A DNA stretch of 64,000 nucleotides from positions 16,678,001 to 16,742,000 of the forward strand of contig JAQFVV010000006.1 of NCBI GenBank assembly GCA_028023455.1, in the 5' to 3' direction. The position numbers were made by a program, and so were the translations under genes. Below the pieces are notes generated by a model. The model had not been told where the DNA came from. It made no database searches and was given only the letters and a program-made list of their open reading frames with translations. Below are positions 11,444 to 23,817 of the stretch, piece by piece. How positions within the stretch are numbered: position 1 is the stretch's first letter; each line of letters starts with the position of its first letter. Source of the DNA: Epiperipatus broadwayi (Eukaryota > Animalia > Onychophora).

Positions 11444-14400
11444 TAGTATTAGGTTTATTTTAGTTTTAATTATGATTTTAAATGTGAATTTTTAACCAAA
11501 TCTTAACTCATTCCAGAATAATACAATATAACAGATTTGGAAAATTAAATCAACCCCTTGTAATTTAGTTTGGTTAAAAACAAGCTCTGCATTATCAGTT
11601 GCTACATTATTGGTATTTAAGTCGTATTTTTTTTTTTATAATTTTTGATCCAACACATCTGTCATTTTTATTCCTAAATCTTCTTACAATTTATCATTTT
11701 TTTTTTTTTTTTTTTTAAAAAATCGTTTTTTTTAAAAATATACTTTTAAAATATAACCCCATTTTAAAGATTATTATTAATTATGATGAAAAAAGTTAAA
11801 TCAACTCAGAAGTATCACAGTTTAGAAATTCAGAATTTGCTGCTTATACATTCTTGATAAAATGAGGTCTCTACTCTAGTGCCATCTATATTAAGCTTGA
11901 GTAATCAGTAATTACATTAAAATTCTATCTTTAGACCAATTTTTCACTTTTGCATTTGTTGATAAGTTCATTAGTAAGGGAATACTATAAAGTGGTCTGG
12001 AAGTAGTAGAGTAAATACATTAACAGTTGGTATTCACTGATTGCTCATGGTTATTATAGATGACCCTAGTGTAAAGAAATGCTTTCATTTTATTGTATAT
12101 TGTTTAAGTTCTAAAAAATTGGCTTTTTATTATATAAATTTTTTTTTGTCCTAATTTTTAAACCAAGTTATTGCTTTAATATTCTTATTTCTGTATATAT
12201 GAATTTTTTTTTTTTATCATATAAGAATTTTTTAAAATACAATTTTGATTTTGAACCCTCTTCCAAAATTAATAATTACATTATTTATCAGTGATGAACG
12301 CAACATCTTAGTATTATTATAGTTCTTGTTTTTATAGTTAATACATCGACATTCATCTGAATAATTATGATCAACTTTCTATTTAATAATTATTAGCTAC
12401 CCATTTGTCAACCAGTCCATGATAATTTCCTAGACTGGCTGTTCTTTTTTCCATCCAGAATTCTACATTGTATAGTTTCTTTTTCCCTCTCTCAATAAAA
12501 TTAATTACTTTATCTAAATGTAATGGATGGATGTATTGTTTTTTTTTGTTGTTGTATTTTTTGCATTCACTATTGTGACAGGCTGAGGACCACAAGAGAG
12601 GGGGAATGCATCTCACTATGGTCGGTCCTAGGGTTTTTTGGTAATGATGCGATGAAATACATAACCTATGATCATATCTACCTTTAATGGGCTAGCTCTG
12701 TATTTATACATTAAATTTAGATAAAATTTGAGCTAGTTCATCCATACCTCATCCCTTCTTCTAGCTCCGTTATGCCTCAGTATCTACCTTCGACTCTTCA
12801 GGAATGAACTTATACAGGATAGCAACTGCTGCACCTCTATATAGGTTACAATTGATTGAATTATTCATCCGAGCATATCTATACATTATTATATGAGTAA
12901 GGTGTGTGTATATGTATATCCTCGGTTATCGGTTGATAAGTAAATGCATAAATAATTTTGATAAACTAGAAGTCAGTTTATTGTAAATAAATTTGACATT
13001 TAGTAAATATCAAACAAAATAAAAGAAAAAAATTAAAACTCTTTAACAAGTTAAAGTAGTATAATTGTGTGCGTCAAGGATGAATTTATACCGTATAAAC
13101 AATTAAATAAATTCACGACTCAAAACACTTACCCAGTGATAGAAATACATGGCATGACACTAATTATTTACAAAGCAAAAAAAAAAAATATTAAATTGAC
13201 TGTAAAACTAACTAGAAAATTTACAATATTATGCAGGTATGTCTGTAGTAGCCTCATCAAATTCAAATAATGACATTCCATCTTCTTTTGGGGACCTCCT
13301 ACTATGTATAGTTCCTTAAGAATTGAGAGGAAAGAACATGTGCTCAAAAAGATTAGTTATTTATACTGAAAAATATAAACATGAATGATTATTAGTTTAC
13401 AACAAACAAATAACATGTACTCTGTCCTATCATAAGTGTATAAACTTAATATGGAATAATCTTAATGAGCTTACCTTATCCCATATCATGATGATTAATG
13501 TCAGGTCGCACAGAAGGAAAGCTGGTCTAAACTTTAAAACAAATAAAAAAAATTATCTAACTTAATGACCCCCCCCCCCATTTGTTGCTTTCACTTATAA
13601 TGGACTCTTCCAAATCATAGACACATGTTTCCAAGTATGGGACAAAAATGAAAGAAATTTTTTTTTTTTACAAATATATAAATAACAAGAATACTTAACA
13701 AAATCAGAATTTTCATCAAATTATTTTCTTTAATGTTCATGTGCTCAAGAACAATGTCCTTCATTGGATACAGTCTCTTTTTTTGGATTGCTCTCCTTAG
13801 TTCACATCTGTCATTCGGAATTCCAAATAACATTACATCCATTCTCTTTAGTTGCTCTTCTTTTCGATTCATGTAGACATTTGGCATAGTACAATTGGAG
13901 CTTCTTTTAGCATTATAGAAGTAAGTAGACAAAGTCACTGCGCTTCCAGGGTCAGGATAGTGGCACTTCAGTCCTATGGTACCAGTGATTTAGCCAGAAT
14001 ACATTGCACAGTGGTTTATAACAGACTTAAATTTTCTTTCTTTGTGATTTGGTATTTAACACTTCATACAGAAAAAAAAAAAAACTTTATCATTTTGTTT
14101 AAATGCTGGAAAAAATTCTGTTCCTTCTCTATTTGTGTTTGAATAACAATGAAGCTTCTCTAACATCAATCTAAAAACAGTTCACTTATTTTATTAAACT
14201 GCATGAACTTATTATACTTCCTTTAATTCAAATGTTGGTTTTAACTTCTTATGGTTTTGTAGTAAGAAACTTAGGTGGATAATTCAGAGTATTCGAATGA
14301 GTCATGCATTTTCCTTTGCATTAGAACATTTGATATTAGGTTGTTGGTTTTCTATAGTTGATGCATTATTTAAAAATAATAAAAAATGATGGAAATGAAT

Positions 14401-16772
14401 TGGGTTTGCTTTTATACCAAGCTTAGCTTCAAGTATTTGGTATATTAGCTTTTTCATTTCCCTCGGCCTTGCCATAACTGCCTATTGTTGCGCAACTTGT
14501 CTTGGTTATAGTTAATAAATTTTTTTATTATAAAATTATGTAATAGAATTCTAATTTCATTTTCCACACTCGGTTGCTTAGTGATTGGTTTGACATTGGG
14601 TTATCATTAACTGTGCTTACTCAGTCTCTGTCTTAATTCGTGATGTACAATACATTAATCATTAGTCTATTGTTAGTATATATATATATATATTTAAATG
14701 ATTTCATCCATCACGATATATATGTATGTATGCTTAAAAAAAAGAATAGTACATATCTGATCACCTTATGTTTTGAGTGGACTTGGTTTGGTAGGGTGGA
14801 CAAATAGAGTCTGGTTTTGATAGGATTGTTAAGGTACCCTTACAACTATGATTATTTTCATTTATTATCCATTTAAAAAAGCCAGTCTTACCATTTCTGG
14901 ATATGTTTCACCGCACATACACAATTAATGCCACACATTGAATAAAAATAAAAATACTAGTCCTAAGATTAAATTCACAGTTTATATTCAATTTATATAT
15001 AATAATAAAATGGTGGATTAAAAACTGATAGTGGGTGTTTATCCATACTTTTAAGATTTTTTGTCACATTTAACATAAATCTCGCTATTTTAATACTCAT
15101 TCCACTTGAATGATAATCAATTTGGTTGATATATATATAATTACTTATAGTTTGTGAAGAATTGTTTATGTTTAGTTCATAGGGGATCATCTTGACAACT
15201 GATAATCCAAATCAACTAAATAATAATCTCAAACTTCACTTGATGTTTCAGAACTATAATTAACATACCCCGGTTATTTACACATTGCACAGATGGATCA
15301 TTTCATTTCTGCTGGGGTTGATTACTTTCAAGTCCCCCCCCCCCCCGTAGTCTACACTGTTTGGAGTAAATCTTTTTATTCCCCATTGATCACATTATAT
15401 GCTACCAAATCTTTGCAAGTATCAATTATTATTTGAATATAAATATCATCATTGACGTAACACCTTTGTTCTGATTTAATACTATTTCAAGTAATTAAAA
15501 AAAAAAAACTTCTGTTAACAAAAATCTTAATTTGTTTTTAAATTCACTATTATAAATCATTGTTGTTCATATATTCCTAAAATGAACAAATATTACAATA
15601 ATTTTTTTATAGTAAAATCAAAATCCTACAATGAATGCAAACGCCAGGAACTCCTATTGGCTGACACAACTTTCACATGTATATAATATTTTTGGAGCTT
15701 CCTGCTTTGATTAGAATGCCCCATATTGTTTTTGTAATTGTTTATACATTTTACATATCGGTTTTAATACAATCATCTGCTTATTTACTCCTTTAGCAGT
15801 GAAATTATTACTTACTTTTAAATCTTGCAGTTTGCTAATATATTTTCAAAGCCAATAAAACGAGAGAGCTAATTAACATAGATATTAAGAAAGATTGTAA
15901 TGCTTTTTATGTTCGTAAGATTTTTGATTATAGAAAGTTAGATTATAGTTTCCACTTCCTGATCAATGTTTACTTTTATTTATATTATGTTTATACAACT
16001 GAGGACGTAGAGGGTTAATTCATTAAAAAAAGTATGCCAGCAAAAGTTTTTTCTTTCTTTTTATTATTTTGGATTTTTAAAGGCTTAATAAAGTGCAAAA
16101 ATAAAATTCTTGACTTAAAAGCATTAACAAACCCATTACAATGTTTAAAACTTCAAAAAATGGATTTTATTTAAATACTTATCAGATTTCTTGTAACTCC
16201 AGTTAAGATTTATTCTCTAAAACCGCCTTATGATGTTGTTATTAATAGATATTTTAACAAAGACTTTCATGCTGATACAAAAAACAATCTAATCATTTCT
16301 TAAATAAATATTACATGACGCAACTTTATTAGATGAAAAATATTAGACCTAATATTAAAAGAGAGAAAGAGGTAGTGGGATTCGAATCTCTCGTATTTCT
16401 TTTTTGATATAATGGCCAATTTTACTTTCTATTGTTTAAAATTTAATTTAAAAGCAAACAAGAAATTGGAAGCATAATTATAATTTAAAGTAAATATCTT
16501 ACGTAATTACAGTAGAACTCAAATATTGATTTTATTTAACTGGCAAGGGCATTTCAATTTATCATATTCACGAGATGTTTTCCGTATCTTGTCTGAATTT
16601 ATTATACTTATTTATTTCATTTTTTGTAAAACATCTACAACATATTTTTGTGACAAAAAAAAAAAAAATCAAGTCAGACGTCACATGACTTAATTTAATA
16701 AACTTGTCTTTACGAATGTTATATATAGAGCTTGCAAAATAAGCTCTTAACAAGCTTTGAGAATATCCTCAA

Positions 16773-16810
16773 CCCCAGACCGGTTTCTGTTACTGGGGTC
16801 ATCAGTGAAG
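16773..16810 (-). ncRNA. Hammerhead-like motif (family B, sense copy)
   Basis: CTTCA-CTGATGA-ccccagtaaca-GAAACCGGTC-TGGGG: intact core, palindromic helix III ACCGGT, GUC triplet, helix I formed with G-U pairs. Helix II does not pair. Confidence 0.55.
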
Positions 16811-17067
16811 TGCCAGGATATTCAAGCATTAGATTTTGTCATTTTATTTTTTGCTATTAAAGCTTTGGCGATTTTATATTGCTCAAGCTATTAATATATG
16901 GTGTATCTGAACTTAGTTCAGTCCCATATGGCTATTTGAGTTAGATAGCTGGATTGGAAGACATATAGATGTCTAATAATTTCAGATTTTCTATTCAATA
17001 GTTATACATTAGATAAAGTGCTGGGCTTGTCCTGGTATTTTTAATCTAATGCTTGAATACCCTGGCA

Positions 17068-17105
17068 TCTCACTGATGACGTCAGAAGCAGAAACCGGTC
17101 TGGAG
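17068..17105 (+). ncRNA. Hammerhead-like motif (family B, inverted copy)
   Basis: TCTCA-CTGATGA-cgtcagaagca-GAAACCGGTC-TGGAG; helix II is poor. Confidence 0.5.
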
Positions 17106-18214
17106 TTGAGGATATTCTCAAAGCTTGTTAAGAGCTTATTTGGCGAGCTCTATATATAACATATTTTTGTATATATTTATTTTTTTCAATCAAATATTTT
17201 TCTAAGATTATAAAATATTTGATAAATATATATATGTTTTTGTATATTCAAATTAAATAACTTCTTTTATGGAAATTATTTATATTCTTTAAGAATTACT
17301 TATTCTAGATAAAATAAATTAATTTTTTTTATTCGATATTAGTAGAGAGGATATACATTTTCTATTGAAGACTGTCAAGTGATTCGAGACTGGATAGATA
17401 ATATGTACTGGGTCACAAAATTAAAAAACAAACAAACCCACTAATAATCAGGGCTAGATTAACATTATGCCTCATTTTTGGATTTTAAGTTCCATTTACT
17501 ATTATTTAATTAAAGGAAAATAATTTGCTACTTTGCTGCAAGTTTTTTTCTATTATTAATATTTTTTTTTATATATTTCTGCTTAATGACTTTTTAATGG
17601 CAATATAAAAAAGCTTTTTTCCAAATTAAAAACAAAAAATTTAAATAGCAGGGATTTACACCTTAAGCACATGCGCTGTAATATTATAATAGCTCAACGA
17701 TGTTTTGTTGAGAAAGGAGGATAGATTGACCTATATAATTAGTTTAGGTACAAAAAATAATACGGCCACTCTTATAATTTTCCAAAGTCTCTTGTGCTTT
17801 GGTTTGAGATTATCCTCCATGTTCAACAAATAACATTATAGCACATGCTTAGGATGTAAATTCCTGCTGTTTAAAAATTATATATTATCATTGCACTAGA
17901 AAGTAAAATTGAGCATTACAAATTAAAAAAAAAAGAAATAATAGATCTTATTTTTATGGTACGTGAATGCACCAAAATTGAACAGATTATCTATTCTTAG
18001 TAGTGACAGAAATTCCTAAGACATTAGAAAGATTATAATGGATTAATAAAATAATTTGCAAATAAATAAATAGTATTTAGTGTCAAAGTATTATTTAAAA
18101 ATTCTAATTCCTTCAGTATTTCATGTGTTCATGTATTTGTTGTAATTCTTTTTCATACATTTTATAGTATTTGTTGAAAATTTATTTTTTATTTATTAAA
18201 ATGGTTATTAATGT

Positions 18215-18560
18215 AGTGAATGTTTACCCACAGACTATTGCTATGAATACATAGTATATAAGCTCGATAGATATGAGTTCTTGCTTTTCTTTGCATAGAT
18301 ACATATTGCCCCACCCATGTTCAGGAACATTTTTTTTGTTACCTTGCATATGATTTGGTTAAATTATGGTCTAAAGAATTGACACCAAACACTGTGATCA
18401 GACATTGATATGGGAGATTGTCATTGTCAGCAACTCAGGCATAATGTTTTTTGTTTCTGTCTCTCGCATAGAATCTTTCAGCACCTGTTCCTGTACATTT
18501 TCAAAACTTGTTGTACCTGAGCCTCCCAAGCGGGTATCTATGAATTAAAGAAAGGGGCTT
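18215..18560 (-). mobile_element. Non-LTR retrotransposon AP-endonuclease remnant (CR1/L2/Jockey-like)
   Basis: Minus strand gives MTISHINV*S (HxNVRS, with CGA>TGA), HGGAICIYAK (GGV.IY motif) and SNSLWVNI, in the expected order with frameshifts. Confidence 0.55.
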
Positions 18561-21500
18561 CAAATTTCAATGCAGGCTGAAGATATCATAAACCTCTAAT
18601 TCGACCCTGTTAGCAATATAATTTACTTTTCTAAAATTGAACACTTAAATCAAGATACTATTATTATTATAATATATGTATATATAGTTTGCATTTTTGG
18701 TGCAAAGTTCAAATATAAAAATGTGTAAGAGTTCATATGTACTTTAAATACATAAAAGTACATTTAACTGACATTTGTATACACTTTATATGTGATGGTA
18801 TATCACTTATTTATTGGTTTGCAAAATTATTTTTTTTAATAGCAGATACAGGAAAAACATATTTATGTGGGTACATTAAGTTATAAAGTTTGTAGTATTA
18901 ATCAGTGATTGGTTAAAATATATATTATACATATAATAGCAATGTTTTTTGATTATCTATGTTCATATATATATAAATACAAACTCACTTTAAAGTTTTC
19001 TTTATTAGTGCAATGTATTGCCAATGGTGAGTTTATTAACTATACAAGATTTCTTTCAAGATATTATGAGTTTGCTAATATATGTGCCAATTTATACTAG
19101 TGGTTAGCAAATTTTTAGCAAATAATGTATATATTAAATAAGAATTAAAATTCAAATACCTGTCAGAAAATGATGTCATACTAAAAAAATGTATATAAAA
19201 TAAAGGTTGAACAAAAAAAAAAAAATCTGTTAAAAGAAAACTTACCACTTGGTATTGTTTGTCAGAACTCACGTTATGTTCAAATTTTGAATTATTTAAT
19301 AGCTTTTTGAGCTCTATTTTAAAATTATATATTATATTTACATTACAAATGACATTCAGTTTTTATGAAGCTGATTTTGTTATAGTCATTAGTAATTTTC
19401 TGAATTTTTTTTTTTTAGTATTCAGTTTTATGATAGACAGTTATTGTTTTATTTTAATATAATATGATCACTATCATTCTATGTTATTTAAAATAATGCT
19501 AAGAATGGTAGATGCAAGAACTAAAAGTTTCTAGAGATTCTAGCTGAGGGAAAATAAAACAAATCTTTCAGTATCGTTTTTTAATTTCTCATACAAGATT
19601 CTGTGATGAAGAAAGATATTGTGAATATATTTTGTTATTGTATGCCATCGAAATATGCTTTGCATGAGTTATTTACTGAATGAAACCCCTTTTTTTGTAG
19701 TTTTGTAATCATTAATAATGAAATCTTTACTTTGAATATATCATTAATTGTTTTGCAAGGACTGTGGATGAAAATTAACCAAAATACCATATTATTGTAC
19801 ATTTATTAAGTGTATTTTAAGTTTATAAATAAAAATATTGTATATAATACTGTAGTATTGGGTATTGTATTGTGACTATTCTCTGTACTGTACAAATTCA
19901 GTGTAAATGTTATTACTTTGCTTCTGGATGACCCAATTTTAATAACTACCCTGTGATGGCATCTCTCTTACAAAATAGCTCTCAAAATTTTTTTTGAAAT
20001 TTTTAAGATTGGTGTAGTGAATCATCGATTGTAAACGAAAATAGTGGGTACAGATTAATGATGATCTCTATTATGAATCCTCGCTTAAAGATCTAGCACT
20101 AAGCAGGTTAGAAATGCATATATTACATATGTGCACACATGTAATTAAAGGTGTTTTTACAACTTCTAATAGAATTAATGTATATTGTACATTACTTTTT
20201 GGTCTAGGTAGAAAGGCAGAGAATTGTGATATAGCAACAACTCTTAATCACCACTAATGATAATTTGACATTTTTTTTTTTATGGCAATATTGAGAGTTA
20301 TGCCACAACATTATCGAGTTCTACTTTGCCCAAAAATTTGTCATAAAATCAATTTCATGTGTTTGTTAAAAATATATTATTCTTGGAATTTATTTTGATC
20401 CCATTAATTTAGATAGATGAAAGATAAAAGAAATTTCATATAGACACTGCAAGGCAAAAGAGTTAGCTGCTGAGCTTATCATTAGCTAGATATTATCAAC
20501 TTCACCAGCTACCTGAAAGAACAATTCTAAACTTGATTTGGATTTGAACCCTTGTTATGAAAGTCAAGACAAACATATTAGTGCATCTTCAGGCCTCTAA
20601 TTCAGATATAGCTTTATAATGTTGTGTTCTATGTATTTTATTATTATGTACATTTTTTAAAAATAATTTTTTCATTATAACAATTTGCTATTATTTGGTG
20701 ATTTTATTATGACATTATTGTTAATGATCAGAAATCAGTTATTTGTGTGTGTGTGTGGATGTATAAATATATGTATGCGCTTACACACAAGCAAACACGA
20801 ATACATTAGGAAATCATTCTATATAACTTTAAGAATTTGCTTATAATCTCTCAAATTGACAAAGTCATTTTTTATGGTACAATTAAAAAAAACAAACGAA
20901 AATGATGGATGAATTTGTGTGAATATATTATCTATGCTATTTTTTTTTCTCTTTGCATTAACTGTGATAATGGCATTATGTGTTTGTATATCACAATTCC
21001 ATACCGTAAATTATAAGCGCCTCAGTTCTAATTTTAATCTTCATATCTAACATTTTTTTTCTTTGTCTCGTTTTCTTTTTTTGTTGGAGTTAGGTTCATT
21101 GTAAATGAAAGATTTCTTATTGTACGCACACACACACACACATTTTTGATATTCATTTAATTGATTTTTTTTTCTTTGTCAAATGTACACATAAGTATAT
21201 AAACATTTTAAGTCCTGTTTCTTAATGTTCAAGCATCAAATTTAAACCTCGAATATTTTAATTTTCTAATTCAAGACTAAATTTTTAAATAGAATTAATT
21301 ACTCTCTCCCCTTATTTGCAGAAAAAAAGTTGCCCATCAACATTTTTTATCTCTGGTTTTTTATAGTTTATTTTTCTATCAATTAAAATCTAATTTTCTT
21401 AAAATTTTTAATAGTAGTGAAAAAAAAAATTGAATCATTTAATGATTGGGAGATCATGTGACTTTCGAACATTGGAAATGACAAGTTTCAATCCATGAAC

Positions 21501-22149
21501 CTTAGCTCTTCAGTTCACAGTTCTTATTCCTGTACCGGAACATGTAGGCCAATTATAGCAGCAAGTATACGTAACGGAGCTCTCAAGCAAGTGGCAAGTG
21601 TCGTTGGACTTTAATTTTAATAGAGTGACAGCCTATTAAATACTTTTAGAATAATGGGGAGGAGTGCAATTGGGAATTAAAAGTGGCCAATTCATGAGCT
21701 GGACCTATTTTCGATTAAAGGAAATTAATATTGCAGGCATGTCTGTCAATATTTTTATCTTAACAAAGTTTGGGCTATTTTTGATTGTGCTAATAAGTAA
21801 TATGTTTCTGCCTGTCTCATTGATTACTTGCAGCAGTCTTTTTTTTAATATTTCAAAATGTTGCAAGTTTTTCTCTGCTCAAAACAGAATTTAAGTCCTT
21901 GCTTTGGAAAGCAGATATTTTTATGAATTGTCGTGAATGGATAGTAATTGCCAGACATATCAAATAAGTACCTATATGTAGATCAATGATTAAGGGGTAA
22001 TGATGTCGGAGGTCACTGCTATTGATTTTAGTGAAAATAGGCACCTTATTATAAGTTTAGATTTCAAAAGATCTTATTATAAGTTTAGTCACCATTTAAC
22101 AGTAGGTCTTCCGAAGATTAATTTTAGTGTAATAATTGAAAACATAACG

Positions 22150-22588
22150 GATAAGATAAATTACAGTATTAGTCTTGATAGACTGCTTTTGGGAGAAATA
22201 GTTTAATATTAAATTGAAATATGCAATGAAAGGGAAGGTTTTTAGTAAATGTGTTTTTCCAGGGCTTACTTATGGGCCTGAGACATGGATATACTCAGTA
22301 AAAGAGCAATGCACACATTTTGACATCTTTGGAAATAATTATTGAAATGGAATGAACTGCTGATAGTTAGAAGAAATGATAATAGATGGTCTTAAATTAG
22401 ATTTCAAGAGATAGTGAAATATCTAGAAAGAAACCACATATTAGATGGGTAGATGAAATTAGGAAGTTTGTTGATATGGAGAGGAGAAGCAATGAATTGG
22501 AGAAAGTGGATGATTAATCTTGGATCTTGGAAAGAAAATCTTCCTGCAGTGGATTGATAATGGTTGAAAGTGATGATGATGATGATGA
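22150..22588 (+). mobile_element. RTE-clade LINE 3' fragment with (GAT)n tail
   Basis: Decayed remnants of INHRIKLGWSAFG, VFPGLTYGPETW and RRNDNRW; ends in cttcctgcagtggattgataatggtt...gatgatgatgatgatg, shared with the other copies. Confidence 0.75.
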
Positions 22589-23271
22589 ATAGTAAGGGAT
22601 TTAAGTAAACTTGTAAACAAAATTTTGACTCTGTAACGAATTAGTGTTTAAGAGAAATTTGGAATTTATGCTTATTTCATTGATTACTACCGTCTCTTAG
22701 AAAGCTGTAAGTTATGAAAAGAATCAGCCTCTGTCATAGGACTCAATCACAAAGACATGCTTTTCTAACCAGCCTGAACTAGACACCATTTCCCCTCTCC
22801 ACTTCTCATTCCCTCTTTACATGTATCCTTCCCCTCTTACCATTTTGTTCCTGAAATTTCATTTGTTTCACTTTATCTGTTTTTTTTTTTTTTTTTGATG
22901 AATAAACATCTCATCACTGAGAGAAAAAAAAAGAGAATGTTTTGCATCTGATAACTATTATTAACAATAATTTCCGTTTTCTGAAGTGTGAAAAAATTTT
23001 CGTGTTCATTTCAATAGTATAAAAAAAAATGTAGATATTTTTTCCTTTTTTGTAATATTACTTACAGAGCAATCTGAAGTTTAATATTGGTGAGGGTGGG
23101 ATGCCATAAATTTGGTAAAGTATAAAGAAATTATCTTGATGAAAAAAATTAAAATCCACACACAGTAAATCCTTTAAATTATTTAATTTTATTAAAAAAA
23201 TACTATATTTTTATTTTATAATGATGCCTGCTTGAGTTTTTTTATTTTATAAAAACATACTTAACTATTAT

Positions 23272-23364
23272 AAATATAAGGATTTGAACTCAGACTTTCA
23301 AGCCCCTTCACTATCCACACTATCTCAATTAGGCTCCAGGTATAGAGTGCCTGGTATTTCAAAT
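23272..23364 (+). mobile_element. Family A PLE mini-copy: inverted-arm stub joined to the tail
   Basis: atataaggatttgaactcagactttcaagccccttcactatccacactatctc followed by the tail aattaggctccaggtatagagtgcctggtatttcaaat; possible TSD cttaactatta (23260-23270) / cttacatatta (23365-23375). Confidence 0.7.
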
Positions 23365-23451
23365 CTTACATATTAAGCCTGCATTCTGCCTCATATGTAT
23401 TAAAATGGATACTGTCCTATATGTGAGGGATCAGAGTGGCCTGATGTTAAC

Positions 23452-23817
23452 ATGGGCATGACAACAATATTGGCATCAGCATGGGATTTGAGAATTCCAT
23501 TATCAGATTTTCAATGGTATGGATGGCTGAAGAGTTGGAGGTTGGGGTGGGTTGAAACCTGTTCATTAAAGTGTAAGGATTTGCTATATAATATAAACTG
23601 AGCACTGATTTTATATGTGGAAAGATGGTAGTCTGAACCAAATGATGAGTGCTGGTTTAGCACGAAATACATGTATTGGTAATTATTTATCTTTTCTGCA
23701 TGTGTGTGGTCATGCATATCAGTAGTATGAGATGGTGTGGATAGTGAAGGGGCTTGAAAGTCTGAGTTCAAAATCTTATATTTACAATTAGGTATAAGAG
23801 TGCCTGGTATTTCAAAT
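23452..23817 (+). mobile_element. Family A PLE copy: single sense arm plus tail
   Basis: Colinear with 8614-8977, including the spacer (in reverse orientation), the HHR and the tail. Confidence 0.8.
23637..23680 (+). ncRNA. Family A hammerhead motif (C3 mutated)
   Basis: ACCAA-ATGATGA-GTGCT-ggttt-AGCAC-GAAA-TACATGTA-TTGGT: perfect helices I and II, GUA triplet. Confidence 0.7.

Larger units (their letters stand above)
16652..17157 (-). mobile_element. Fold-back Penelope-like mini-element, family B: ~120 bp inverted repeats, one-sided tail, perfect 13 bp TSD
   Basis: Inverted arms at 16716-16835 and 17043-17162; TSD AACATATTTTTGT at 16639-16651 and 17158-17170; extension 16652-16715 on one side only. 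The interior translates on the minus strand as LKLLDIYM..NPAI...GTELS, weakly like a GIY-YIG C-terminus. Confidence 0.75.

Noticed and set aside
13615-14142. Overlapping ORFs of 107 and 96 aa, and a candidate exon ending at GTAAGT (13921)
   Set aside because: Ambiguous: weak hints of a LINE C-terminal remnant on the minus strand, with no convincing motif on either strand.
21478-21518. Minus-strand CTGAAGA-N17-GAAACTTGTC
   Set aside because: No helix I or helix II pairing; likely a chance match.
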